Counted from the stretch's first letter, positions 25,115-39,139 are shown. The stretch: 64,000 nucleotides of DNA from Octopus sinensis (GCF_006345805.1 NC_043006.1:28706001-28770000), one strand, 5' to 3'. Numbers and translations: made by a program. The notes: a model not told the origin generated them from the letters alone.

Positions 25115-25604
25115 CCGTAAATCCACGAGTATAGGCCGCCCTTGAGTATAATACGCAGGGGATTTTTAGGGGGCTGTACTTCTGAAAAACCTAAACCTTG
25201 TGTACAATATGCACCACTTCTCTAACTAGTCATGCGTAATTAAGCCAGCAGCATCTAGTCGAACAAACACTTCTGCGCATGCGTAATACAACAATGGGAA
25301 TGTAAATATGTTTGCAAATTGTTTTTGTTACATGTTATTCTGTGTTCTGAATACTTTTATTTTAATATATGTTGCTTACTGCAAGTTATAGATGATTCTT
25401 TTATGACTTCATTGCTTTCAGGCAAGATATTTTCGCGCCTGACATCACAAAATGCGTCTGAATAAACATTACCGGACAGCAAATAGAGACTCGGACATTG
25501 CTTAGAAAATATTTTTCATTTTTAACCTCGTATATAGTACGCACTAGGGATTTTGACCTTTAAATTTTGGGGGGGAAATGCGGATTATACTCGAGGATTT
25601 ACGG
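25115..25604. mobile_element. Tc1/mariner-superfamily (pogo/Tc2-like) MITE
   Basis: TA TSD at 25113-14 and 25605-06; TIR ccgtaaatccacgagtataggccgc / gcggattatactcgaggatttacgg. Confidence 0.85.
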
Positions 25605-27064
25605 TAATATAAATCTTTCGCTTCATAAGTCACAATTTATTCTGGTAACTGAAAAGAATTGGGAATGTGTATCATATACGATGCCTCTGATACATAGAAT
25701 AGACAAAGGGTTAAAGCGGTGAAAGAAGAAAGAAGAAATTAAGACAAGAAATGTAGAGGGCGGAATGCTATAAAATAATAGACAAAGCGCGCACGCACAC
25801 ACACACAAACACATTCACACACATTATGAGAGAGTGAGAAGAAAAAAATCAGTACGAAAAAGAAAAGAGTTTGGGAGAAAGTAGAAGATAATAGATGCAC
25901 GATAAAGGTAGATATGAATCGAAGGAGAAAGAATGTAAATTCGATGAGAAATAAAATGGGAAGGAAAAAAATAGGGCAATTGAACGGTCGCATATCTGCT
26001 ATCATACATTTAGTAATTTAAGTCTAAGCTAAACAATTTTAGAACACGCCTAAAATATCTTGCAACAAATATTTCACTGTTGGCCTTATGGTGACACCGT
26101 AACAGGTAATAAGATTCCAGTGACTGGCGTGTAGGGTTAAGGGATCAATGTTTCAGCTATGAACTAAACTGACATGTTGATGCCACTAAACAACCTCATC
26201 GCAGTATTAATTATAAACACTAAATGGGCGGCTAGTTGGTTGGAGCGGTAGAACTCTGTGTTAAATACATGACTGGCAGTATTGTGTTTCGTCTGGTTTT
26301 TAGATCACATCTCAGTCGATTTTGTCTTTCGTTCATCCCTTTGTGGTTGATAAAATAAATATCAGTTATATCCGCTAGTCTCGATCAATAAACGTTTTGT
26401 TATGGTTTTGTATCAGGTGAGAACATATCAGTAGAGAAGAAACCGTTTATTGTGATCAGTTTTAGACGAAACTGTTCTAATAACAATAAGCAGACAAAGA
26501 GAAATTTAAGTCGGTCCCTTTATGCTAGGGTGGACAATTCCTTTCATCCAAGTTCGACATAAATAAATCAAATAAACGGTATAACTGTAATCCACTTCTC
26601 ACCCCAAATCGCGAAACCTTGCACCAATGAATTATATTCCGCAATGTAGTATACAATACACACACACACGCATATATATTATAGACCATACAGTCTCTCC
26701 TATCCAGGAGTGATGGATACCGATATTTTGCCAGTTTAGTGGATTCTCAATATCACGTACCTGGATCGATCAGGGGGACAAATTGAATTGCCAGTTTATG
26801 GCTATATACAAATAGTGTAAGAACCATTTGCCGGAAGCCACAACGTCGCATACGCGCTGGTATTGTAAACATTATCGACCACACATACTCAATGTGCTTG
26901 TTGTCCGGTGCGTTGCAGTACAGCGCTCTGGGGACGATTCCCTTATAGCGTTGGATGTTAAAACACTTGTAAGTCATAAACTGGCGATATACACACACAC
27001 ACAAACACACACACACACATGCGGTTTTTTTCATATTTTAATTTTTTTAAATTAAGATAAAGTT

Positions 27065-27255
27065 CTTTTTTAATCTAAAATATACTCTCCTTCATTTTCT
27101 ACAAAGCTCTTCTATCTATCTGGTACACTTGCAAAGCCCCTCTTCCAAAATTCCCTAGTCCGTGACGAAAAATACTCCTTCAGTATTGTTCTGACCTCGT
27201 TTACAGAATTCACATTTTTTCCCGTCCAAATGATTTTGAAGACTGCGAAAAATTA
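27065..27255 (-). mobile_element. Mariner transposase 3' fragment
   Basis: FRSLQNHLDGK/NVNSVNEVRTILKEYFSSRTREFWKRGFASVPDR*KSFVENEGEYILD*, resembling the mariner transposase C-terminus. Confidence 0.8.
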
Positions 27256-28364
27256 CACAGATGTGTAGAATGATCCTGTGGTTTTTCTGAGCTTTGTATT
27301 TTTTCATAGCTTCCATGGTTACCGAGATAATCTACTATAATATTACACTTGTGTTTATGAATGAGTAAGGAAGGGGTGATGTCATACGTGGTAGTGGGAT
27401 GGTGAAAATTGTACGCTGAAAAAGTAAATCAAACGGCGTTTCAACTCTGTGAGAATATATGTGTGTGTATATAAAAGAGGTGATAGGTGAATGTGTGTGT
27501 ATACGTGGGCAATAGAAGTGGGATGGTTTATCTTTGTTCGCTTTGTATTTGGGTTTACTTTTGGATTTGGTTGAATCTTGGTTTTTTTTTTTGTCAGGGA
27601 GTTATTTTTAGCGTTTTGACAGAAAAAAAGCCATTCTAAAATTGTTTTTTAACATAAGCGTGCCCAAACAAATCGAATGCTTACACAGTGCAGGTTTTAC
27701 AACCACATCATCCAAACCGACCGGGTGAAACCGGGCTTAGCTGCTAGTATATAAATGTGTGTGTGTGCGTGTGTAAGAGAGAGAGAGGGGGAAGAGACAG
27801 ACAGACAGACAGACAGAGACAGACAGACAGACAGACTGGTTGATAATGTCACTAAAAAACAGGTTCACACGATCATAAATCTAGCCCTAATTCCAGCTGC
27901 GACCATTACTTTTGTGAAGATGGCATGATATAGCTTCAGAGAAATTTAGCTGCAGTTTTTTGCAGATCGAGAGAACACATAGAAGTTAATTAACTTCAGT
28001 TGTCTCGTCCGATAGTTCGTCAACTCAATAACCGAGGAAATGAATGCTAGTTGCTTATGAATCAAGAATTAATTATTTAGAAATTAGATAACATGTCATT
28101 TATTAACATCAACAAGCTGGCTGGGTTGTTAGATTATTATGGCCACTCCTGACTTGGTGAAACGAGATAAGAAAGGTTGAAGTAGTGCAGAAAGCCTGAA
28201 TAAGTAAGTGAACACCCTAATTTGATAAAAACAAAATAACAAATATTCAACACACACTCACAAACGCGCGCGTGCTCAAAAATGACAATAACACTGACAT
28301 CTCATCTTAACAGATATATTTACCAAAATTACATTAAAATATCTTGAAATACTAAAGAGTAAAT

Positions 28365-29108
28365 TTATTCAGTAAAATGCCTGTTGGTTTCAACCATGGC
28401 CTCCAGACGACTGCGGGATCTTCTGCAACTCTTCTGGGCGGTTTCCTTGTTTAAGTTGGATAATGCTGCTATAATCCTTGTCTTCAGTTTATCTTTGGTG
28501 TTACAATGAGTTTTGTTGGTCTCTCTCTCAACTGCGCCCCACATATGATAATCAAGGCGGTTGCAGTCTAGGGAGTTAAGTGGCCAGACGTTAATGATGA
28601 TGTGGTCGCAGAAATTGTCTGACAGCCATGACTGGGTTGTCCTGCTTGCGTGACATGGTGCAGAGTTCTGTTGCCGGACATAGGGTCTTCTAGCAGCCAC
28701 ACTCTTGACCCAGGGCAGGCACTTGATGTAGGCCTCTGATGAGTCCGAGGTCGTGTGGGAAGATGAATGGAGGCATAACGTCGCCGTCACTAGAGTTCAC
28801 ACCAAATACCATGATGTTGACTGGATGTTTGATTTTTATCACTCTTGGTACATGTTTTGAGGATACGGCAATCCTCAGATTGACACCCAAACACTTAAAA
28901 TGTTTGTATTGGAACTTCCGGTGCAAATGCCAAACAATACAGCATGTCGTTTCCAAATTTCTGGCAGAGTGAATTGCATCATGGTGCTGTTTTTCCTCAC
29001 AGACGGTGACCAACTGACTCTACTACACGGTGTAGTCGACAAAATCAAAACTAAGCAATGTGCATGAGCGAAATTAATATAAGACGACAATTTACCCATC
29101 GCATCCTG
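28365..29108 (-). mobile_element. Internally deleted maT-type (DD37D) transposon remnant
   Basis: KHPVNIMVFGV...VMPPFIFP; RPYVRQQ(N)SAPCH...WPLNSLDCNRLDYHMWGAVERETN with 37-residue spacing. TA-CAGGATGCGATGGGTAAATTGTC left end at 29108. Confidence 0.82.
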
Positions 29109-29134
29109 TACACACACACACACACACACACAAA

Positions 29135-30903
29135 CAGAGTCTGCCAAAAGAATGTATACATACTTCCGGAAAGGAAAAATCTATATGAAATATTCCAATT
29201 CAATGTTATGGCAATTTGGTAAAACATCGAAAGAGGTATTTATATTTATACACTGTGTATCAAATTATTAGGCAGCTCTGTTTTTTCGAAATAACAGAGT
29301 ATTTATTTGTTCAAATCCAGTTATTTTTTCACTGAATGATGGCAACATCTGCCTGCGCATACTGTAATAAAATAAATTGGACCAGCGCAGATGTAGACAA
29401 ACGGCGGCCATTTTCATGAAACAGCAACAATTTTACCGTCCTAAATTATTAGGCAAGTGCCCAATAAAAGTGTTATTATGGGTCAAAAACGTGATTTAAC
29501 ATGAAATGAGAAGTCCACCATCGTCTCAGAGCTTGGGAAAAACAAAAACGACAATAGCAATATCAAAGATCCTGGGAAGAAATTATCGAACTGTGAAGAA
29601 ATTTGTGGAGTCTTCTGCTGTCCGTTCGAGGGCTGACAAGGGAAAATACAGGGTTGTACCCTGTCATGTATAATGAGGGAAGTTGTGAAGAACTCGTGTC
29701 TGACTAGTTGAGAAGTGTTTAAACGTTGTGGTAGGAAAGACATTTCGAAATCTACCAGGTGTCGCCTCCTGAAGCAGGTAGCCAAGCGCGTAAAACCTGT
29801 TACAAGACTTCCTCTGAAGGCTGTTCATAAACAAAATAGAGTCAAATGGGCAGAAGACAACATGAAGGTAGATTTTTCAAAAGTCCTCTTTACTGACGAA
29901 TGCCGTGCTTCCCTAGACGGATCAGATGGGTGAAGTAAAGGATGGGTTGCAATTAGCGGAGATCGTCCTCATCGTTTGAGACTCCAACAAAAGGAAAAGG
30001 CGGAGTCATGATTTGGTTTGGTATCATTGAAGACAAGTTGGTTGGTCCTTGGAAAGTTCCAGAGGGTATTAAGATGACATCTAATGCCTATGTCGCCTTT
30101 CTGGAGGACAATTTTAAGCCATAGTTGAAGAAGCAGAAAGTTGAGAACGCTGGTATTCATGCAAGATAATGTGCTCTCCCATGCAGCTAAGAAATCTCTG
30201 GAATACCTACAACAATTAGGCTTCTCTGGACACCGTTTGATGAAGTGGCTAGCGTGTTCACCCGACTTAAACCCGATTAAAAATCTATGGAGTGTTCTGA
30301 AGAGGGAGTTATATCAAGATGGACGGCAGTTTTCAACGAAAGATGCGCTCTGGGAAGCCATTGTGGATGCTGCTGACAGCGTTACACCAGATGAAATAGT
30401 TACCTTAACAAGTTCAATGAATAAACGCGTCAAGACGTTCTCTCATGTGGAGGGTCATACTTTTATCATTAAGAACTTTATGACGTCATATTTCTCATAT
30501 TATTTCCATTTAAACACATTATGTTCATTATAAAGTCTGTTATGATTATTTGTTGTTTAAATTAATTGTCGCATTAAATAAATGTTTTGTTTTTGCATAA
30601 TTAGCATTTTCATTAGACCAACCTAATAATTTAGGATGGTAAAAATGATGCCTATTAACAAAAATGGTCGTCGTTGTTTCTTTACGTATGAGTGGGTCAG
30701 ATTATTTTGGTACAGTACATGCAGATGGGTGTTATCCTCATGCAGTGGGAAAATATCTGGAGTCAAACGAATAAATACTCTGTCATTGAGAAAAATACTG
30801 AGCTGCCTAATAATTTGACACTCGGTGCAGGGGTACTGATACAAGTTTATATAGATTTTTCCTTTCCTGAAGTGTGCATACATTTTTTTTTTTGCGGATT
30901 CTA
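29135..30903. mobile_element. Outer ~50-bp TIR pair (small Tc1/mariner-type MITE) hosting the DD37E element
   Basis: cagagtctgccaaaagaatgtatacatacttccggaaaggaaaaatctatat (29135-29186) is an imperfect inverted match to 30849-30903. Confidence 0.7.
29251..30827 (+). mobile_element. Full-length decayed Tc1-family transposon, DD37E (TRT-like), ~210-bp IR/DR-type TIRs
   Basis: Pseudo-ORF from 29478: MGQKRDLT*NEKSTIV...KVLFTDECRASLDGSDG...MQDNVLSH...SPDLNPI(K)NLWSVLKRELY. 37 codons lie between GAT 30165 and the E-position codon 30279. TIRs cactgtgtatcaaattattaggcagctc / gagctgcctaataatttgacactcggtg with an inner repeat taaattattagg. Confidence 0.9.
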
Positions 30904-33213
30904 TATACGTATATGTACACACACACACATACACACACACAACATGGGCTTCTTTCAGTTTCCGTCTACTAAATCTACTCACAAAACTTTGGCCTGCCCG
31001 AGGCTGCAGTAGAACACACTCAAGGTGCCACACAGTTGGACTGAACTCGGAACCATGTGGCTGGGAGGCAAACTTACCACGGGTACAACTAGATTACTAA
31101 GACTGTTACTGGTGAGTTTAGGGATCATCGTAGAGTATCATCATCCTGCCTACAGTTACTTCTATACTAGGAATTACTGAGCAAATATAGGAGAAAATAT
31201 GATAAACACAAGTTAATAACATTTATTCTCTACATATATTTCACCATTGTGGCTATTTGTAACCTCTGCATAGGATACAGAGCCACAACAAATCATCAAT
31301 GAAACATTTTCTGTAAACAGAATGAAATAAAATGTTTCCCTGGCGATTTGTTGTGGTTCAGCAACCAATGGCACTGGGAGCATTTAATGCAGAGGTTCCA
31401 GATAACCATAAGGTTGAAACGTACTCAGGGAACAAATAACATAAATGTGTTTGTCATTTCTTTCTTTCTCTCTCCCCCACCACACCGTACTGATTTTAAC
31501 TTGCATGGATTTACAATATGTGTGTGTGTGTGTGTGTGTTGGCGCGCATGCTTAATGGACTTGCTTGGACTTATACTACTATATAATGACGGACGTGACG
31601 TATTCTCAAGATCCTTAACAGTGTTCCAACGGAAATCGAAACTGCTATGAGGGATTCGGCTAGGCGGGAACTTTGCCTTTATTGCTTTCTTTTGCGCTCA
31701 AAGACAGAAAGATTGGAAGTTGAGTCGATCGTGTTTTTTCTTCTTAATGACTGAAGTTGAAAACTTAGTCGCAGACTCAGGTGGAGTAGGAGGAGGTGGG
31801 CGTTGCTATATTAAAAAAACATCTAATTAACTACAACAGCCCGCAATGACTAATCAGTCTTTCCTTCCCACCACAGTTAGATGTAACAAATCGCATGCGC
31901 ACTTGATAATTAAATGTTTTACAGCAGGAAACTAACCACCTCTAACAACAACAACACCACCACCAACGACGGAGCCATACATAACTTAACTCTTCACCAA
32001 CGACAGATATTTTGACCCTGAAGGTCAGAACAAGTAAAGGAAATTTTTTTTTCGACTAATGGAGGAGCATTTGTTGTGTTATATTTTAGTACGGATATCG
32101 TCGACAGGATTACATGGGCAGCTATCATATTGTTTGTGCTATTATTTAAAGCCAGGTTAGCCCTGTACAAGTAGATCATAGTCATTCTTACTAAGACCAT
32201 CCCATCCAATCTTTTTTTTTTCAGACAACGTGTATCCTGGAGTACATGATACAATGTGGTCATAAAAACGGTAAAATGTAGTTTGAAGATGATTTGATTA
32301 CTATGTCTAGTAAACTTTGCGACCACATAGAGCAGGCATGGGCAATCTTTTTCGAGAATCGGGCTGCATGTGATATAACTCAAAGAAATCAAGGTAATTT
32401 ACATTTAGACGTACAATTCAGAAAATCCCGTGGATCGCAGTTTGTCCATGACTGTCATAGAGACTTCAAGTGTCTCGTCCTCTGGCAAATTTCTGCTTAG
32501 TTGGTGTTAGTCCCAGATCAGTTCGATAGAGTAGATATAAGACCAAAGGAATTCCATGCATGATCATCTAATATATAAATCCCGTTCTATCTGTTTGTTT
32601 GTGCGCTTATAAGATTTTCAAAATTGTCAGTTTCAAAGTGAGAATCGCAATTTTTGTAATATTTGCCTGTCCGTCAGATGATTAAAACTTCCATTTTTAT
32701 TCGAAGCTACTCTCACGTATTAAGTTGTTCTTACCACTACGTCAGTGAAAATAGAAATAAAATACTTAAAGCAACAGTCGCCAAATACAAAAGCCAAGGT
32801 CCATGCAGTGTCATGGGCCCAAAAAATTCCCAACTTCTTGCCTAATGCGAGCTCAGAGCAATCTCTTATCTCTTACACTATTTCAGTATTACGTCTCTAT
32901 TGTAATGTGAGATAATACTTTCAGTTCGAAAGAAGTCTGTCATTCATGCATGTATGCATGTATGTATATTCCTTATGCATTCCAAAACCGAGTTACCGAT
33001 TTTGACGTATGGAGTATCAAAAAATTCAGTACTACTTCGGCTACAAATTAGACCTAATTTCCATTCACATATTTGCATTTCAAAAATTTAACATTATGAT
33101 CTTTTCCGTAAATCAATTATCGTAAACATTTTATACGACGACGACGATGACGTCACATTTTCTATATGTGTGCGTACCTTAAAAGACATCAATCATCACG
33201 ACATACACCTTAA

Positions 33214-33270
<57 letters not shown>

Positions 33271-33529
33271 ACATACACATCCATTTCATATACACGTACA
33301 TAAATCTTTCACTTTCTTTCTCTCTGTCCTTTTCGCTTTCTCTTCTTTCAATTTCTGCTCTCTTCAAATAAATTTTTACGGAATGAGCGAGAGAAACACA
33401 AAATGAGCCACCACAGCAGAATGGTGTGTCAGTGTATGTGTTGACTGACATAACGAACGGCTGGAGGTGAAGCTCTTGACAAAAAACAATAAGGTGGCAG
33501 GTCCAAGATATATAAAAATACACGTTTAC

Positions 33530-34330
33530 CGTTCAATTAACAGTTCATAACTATCGCAGCAGTTGCAAGGTTGCAAGGTATTTACAGTTACATATTTACC
33601 CTTAAATTAACATTTATATATATATATATATATTAAGAAATTTATCTATAATAATTAATGTGGCATTTGCAGTTGAACTAGCAGTTCATACATGTGCTTC
33701 TATTTGATTAATTTATACTGCATACAAAAATAAAAACATACCACATACATACAGCTGCTTACAAAAATAGGGATTAATATATAATTTCTTTCTTATGTTC
33801 ATAATCTTTTGTTTACAATATTGAAAAAAAATATGCTACCAAAAGAAAGGCGTAATCTCTCCAGAAACAAGTATAAAGCAAGGAGGATTGTAGAAAACCG
33901 AAGGCGAGGGTCGGAAGAGAAAAGCGAGATGAGATTTTCTCAAGATCAGCAAATGCATGTTGCACCACTTAATGCTGGATCATTAAATCAATGTTACAAA
34001 TTCGTTCTTCAAAATTCCTGAAGCTGTTTTCAGATATGATCCATCCCATTCTTATAAAACTGATAACTCTGTCCAAATTGGTGTTGCTAAACACAAATTG
34101 TCGTTTCTGTAGAGCTTTAAAATTTTCAAATGAAACAAATGGTATGTGCTGCTCAGGCGCCAGCACTACCAGCTCCTTCTCAACCTCTTATAGATCTTCT
34201 ACAAGACACTTCCATCCAGTCAAAGGATTTTCAGAACAATATCAGACAATACAACTCTGCATTTCAAATGACATCGTTTACTGCATCTGAGAAGATAGTT
34301 AAACGTGAATTTACGCCGACGTTCAACTAA
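33530..34330 (+). mobile_element. Helitron RepHel N-terminal remnant
   Basis: CRFCRALKFSNETNGMCCSG / PALPAPSQPLIDLL...FQNNIRQYNSAFQMTSF...EFTPTF. The upstream 33530-33830 is homologous to 17040-17220 in inverted orientation. Confidence 0.85.
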
Positions 34331-34470
34331 AAAGCATGGTTAAGCAGCGCATTGTAAGCCATTGTAAGCGACGTTAGCTGAACTGAATTAAGCTTTGTAA
34401 GTATTTGATTAAAAGAGGATTAGACACCTAAGAACGGTGAAATTAAGAAATCAACTCGAATCCATCACCG

Positions 34471-34544
<74 letters not shown>

Positions 34545-36855
34545 CGCGTATTTGTGTATGTATGTATGTACCCACACGTGTCTACACACATAGAAAATGA
34601 AAGCGAACAAAATGAAATACTAAAAAAAATATTGCATAGCAACGTCTTTCAATGATGGCGGGTGAATCAAACTTACTGTAAGCTCGTTTATATACTGTAA
34701 GTATTGTAAGTACGATATAAGTAACATGACGACTTGCTCATCGGGAAATTTGTAAGTTCGATTTTTAAAAAACATATTTCTTTTTTAAGTATCATCATTA
34801 TAGGTACTTATACTCCGGTGAAATTAAGAAATCAACTCGGAAACAAACGAAACCCTCGAATCCATCACTGTACACACACACACACATGCACGCACGCTCA
34901 CACACACCGAGTCGTATATCTATGTATGTGTTGATGTATGTTTGGAGATAATCAAGCTAAATTTTCATCATTTCCATCCATTCACCCAATGAGTATTTCT
35001 GCCAAATTTGGTGAAACTTCGTTCAGCCGTTTTCTAGTAAATTTGCAAACACAGAGACAAAGACAAGTGATTACAAGACTCTGCTTTCGCTTCCACGCGC
35101 AGGGTAATAAAAAAAAAGAACGAAAGCAACAGGAAACCAATCTTGCGTTCGTTCCCCACCCCCTGACAAATACATAGAGTCAATAAAGCAAACCACCACG
35201 GGTGTCGTTTGGTGTACAGGTGGTGGAAAGAACAAAAAAAAAAAAACGAGTGTGATTTGAGGAAGAATTCACTACTATTGCTAGCAGATTGAGTGATTAA
35301 GTAGGGGTTCACTCAGGCAAGTTGATAGGGTTGCTGGAATATCAGGCGAAATCAGTCACCAGTATTTCAGATCTTATCTCTAGTGTTGTCTGTATCCACA
35401 GGCAAGGTAAGTGATGCGGAACCCCAGTCTATCGACCTCAGCCGTTACTATTCCGTCCTTTTAGGGATTTATATGATTATATTATCTAACGTATTTCCCT
35501 CTCTCTCTTTTTTTATTTTTTTTTCAAGACGGTCAAAGTTCTCTCAATGGCTCGAACCAGAAATAAGGTACCATTAAGAGGTAGGTCTGGTCCACTGCTG
35601 TAATTAAAACTTTAAAAACAAAAATTTTTTTAAACACAAGGGAGACAATTCTGAAATTAAAATGGCATTGGTAGACTGCAATGGAAAGTAAGTCTGAAGT
35701 TTGGTATGACAACTCTGGAGATATTTTGGTGTCATAAAACCTCTTTAGTGAAGTATTAAGTAATTAGTCTTTCCCAGATAGGAGATAACTAAAATAATAT
35801 TTTGATAAAAAAAAAAACAAATAGAAGGCATCTACTCATCATATTAAAATAATGACCTGCAACAACAATAGGAATTTTTCCCAGTATAATTACTCTAGTA
35901 ATTATATTATATGGATAAATATTTTATCGTGGGTGTGGAAGATAAATTCGCATAATATCTGAACAAAGATCTGCCAGGAGATAATCAGCTAAATAAAGTA
36001 AATTAGATGCGACAATTTAACTCTTTCCTGTCTTTGTGCCATTTTCATCACAAAAAATGAGTGAATTTTTAATATTGGAATAATGCTGAAGGTTTTATGA
36101 GAAAATTAAATGGAATATTGTAACGTTAATGCTTTATCTCGGTGTGTATTAGGTATAACTAGGGGAAGCAGGGCCAGCATAGGAAGTGCGGAGCTCAATT
36201 AGAGAATTGTTAGTGGACCCTTCTACTCTACAAAGGCTGAAGATTGACGTTTTTTGTCTCGTGTATAACGCTAGCCCCGGCCCAAAAGCATAGAGGGCTT
36301 GAGGCGCCCCCATTAGCCACAACGATATACTAAAAACAAAAGGCTCATATGTTATATTTAACGTTTTATAACAAGTCAAGATAATTACTGACATACTGTT
36401 TGTGAATAGGCTTTGCGCTTGTTGGGATAACTGTCCTGAGCTGATTATGACGCCCTACCTACCATATATATATATGAAATAATTCATTTTTTAGTGTAAC
36501 GTGCCCCAAAGAAGGGAGGTATCGGCCTATGAAGGATGATTGTTGACTTCGAAAATGATTCGAACTTAAAATACAATCAACTAAATATTGCGAGTCATTT
36601 TGTCCGATACTCTAACGATTCCACCAGATGATAGTGACATGTTCGCTTACTCGGAGTACTAAATTCAACCTTTCGTGTATCCGAGGAACAACGGGCTCTT
36701 TTGTACAAGGTTCAAGGATCCAAGCTACTACAGCTCGGGGTTTTAGTGGTACGTTTTTGATTAAATTATTCACCATTCTCACAGGTTCAGAGATTTGTGT
36801 CTCTTGGAAATACAAGCAGTTCCTTCTCACTCAGTTTCTGCCCCTCTTTCTCTTT

Positions 36856-36937
<82 letters not shown>

Positions 36938-38736
36938 CCTTTAGTTTTCTTCTTTTCTTGCTCTTTCTCTCTTTCTACACGTCTTCGTTATTCAGATCTC
37001 CTTGCACAAAAAAATAGGGCGTAAAGTGAAAAAAGAAAGAAAGAAAGAAAACGAAAGACTATACAAACACAGACACAAACAGACGACAATAAGTAATAAT
37101 TATACTACAGCTCTACAAAAGAACTCTATTTGATAGCATGTCATTAAATATCTCCATAAAGAAAGATAACTATACAGCTGAATTAGCCGCTACCCTAACA
37201 GCTCCTTACCTTTTTAGAGTCAACAACAATCAGTGATTTTTAAAAAAGAATATAATTATGAAGGAACTCCAAATTAAACAGTAGAAAGGGAAGGGCTATA
37301 TCTCATATGACAGTTGCCAAACTAGGGGTCTTCTATGACAGTTTTGTGGTATAGAGCTTCCATTGTAGTTTCAGTAATGAGAAACTCCAGTCTCAATGTT
37401 ACAGAGTTACGAAGAAGTTTAAGAAAATGCGACGTTGAATTCATTGTTTTGGTGTTGAAAAATTGTTCTGACTTAGGAATCAAAACTTGATAGTGGAATC
37501 CGATTCACAGAGAATTTATTATCAATTCGACATGTGAGCAAAAACACAAATTTGTAGCGTTCATGCCTTTCCCAATATAAGCGAAGTAAAATGGTCCGGG
37601 GAAAAACCACTCAGAACTCAAAATCATTGAATGATAGAAGTGAAAGTAAATGAAATAGCGGCAACCAACAATTAATCAGTTCTATTGCTAAACAAGAAAT
37701 ATCCTCAAAGTTTTATTTGTCTTTCTTCTCAGTAGGAGCGATGAAACATATACCAGTTATGTACTGAAATCAATACCAATCGACTATTTTTCTTCCCAGC
37801 AAATTGGTTGTTTTAGTCAAAATGGGGTAGCTTTTAATTTGATTCTACTTCGTTGAGATGATTTCCCGTGACACGATTTAAGGAAACAAATATCACAGAA
37901 ATGATTAAAATTAATTACACAACAGACTGAATACTTGAATAGTAAAATGACAGAAAAATATGAAGCTATGAGATGCCTTTATCCCTAAAGGTGTTGGGAA
38001 TGAAATATAGGGAACTGCCAGCAATGAGCATTTCCCTCTAATTCAACAATTTACATTCGTATTTGAACCCGTTTCTAACAAAATTCTACTGGTTTTGGTG
38101 GGCTGCAACCTTTTGTATAGCTCAGCGCCCCCGCTTTCACTGAATTACATATTATAAATGCGTCCCTACCTATGTTTTGTTTTCTATGTTTATTCGTTTT
38201 GTGGGGTTTGAGGTTTTTTTTCTTTCTTGTAGTGGGATGCAAATTACTTGCGCATTGGTTTGTCATCTGTCATATTTCTACTCTCTAATATGAACTGCTC
38301 ATATTTTAATCCTGACAAAGATTTTTGTTTCTAAATATATTTAAAAATATTAATATTGTACCTGGTTTAAATACTTATTTCTAACAATAATCACGACCCT
38401 TCTAAACACACAGCGCCTCCTTATGAGCTCATAATGCTCCAGGGGGAAAACTACTGCCCAGATAAAGAACTGGTTTATGTTAACTGAAGCCGAGCTGACC
38501 TGAATAAACATTTTTGTATATACTACCACATTCCATTCCATGTTGCGTGACGTACCTAACGTACCTACTTAAATTACTAAAGGAGTCTCATCGAAGCGGT
38601 TGCATTTGGTAGAAATAACAGCTAAATTCCACTTATATAATAACCCTACTACACTGAAGAGAAACGGACACATTTTATAATGTGTTCCTAGATTATACAT
38701 TGTAGAATAAAAGTCGTCATTGTGATTTCTTGGCAA

Positions 38737-39139
38737 GGATCTTTTCGGTTTGAATGGCAGTTTTTAACATAATTTCTAGGTAACTATTTTAAACTTCGTA
38801 TACTGGTAGAATTTGTTTATAAAACATCTTTTTCTCTTGGCTTTATTGAGAAAATTCTATAGTTTGTAAGATATTTGGTCTTTAATTTTCTTGCATTTCG
38901 GCAATTTCAACCAATCACTGACCGTCTATTGAGGTGAAAACATTCTGTGCCGTATGAATTTGTCCCTCGTTTAAGAAATAGATTGGGTTTATTTACATTT
39001 GTGAAGAAAAAAAGATAGCCTTCCCCCCACCCCTAACCCTAACCCTAAAATAGGTTGAAATGCAATAGATCGATACTAGGGTCATAATTATGGGTGACAA
39101 TTTCATATGACACGGCTAGAAAAAAACTGCCGTTCAAAC
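38737..39139 (-). mobile_element. Same MITE family, one terminus truncated
   Basis: ggatcttttcggtttgaatggcagtttt at the start and actgccgttcaaac at the end; internal ccctaaccctaaccctaa. Confidence 0.85.

Noticed and set aside
28734-28765. CTGATGAGTCCGAGG resembling a classic hammerhead core
   Set aside because: No GAAA or closing stems follow, and it is the antisense of maT transposase codons.
31994-32845. ORFs with faint Helitron helicase-like words (LYVVAKF, KSQG)
   Set aside because: Motifs are too short and inconsistent across frames to support a call.
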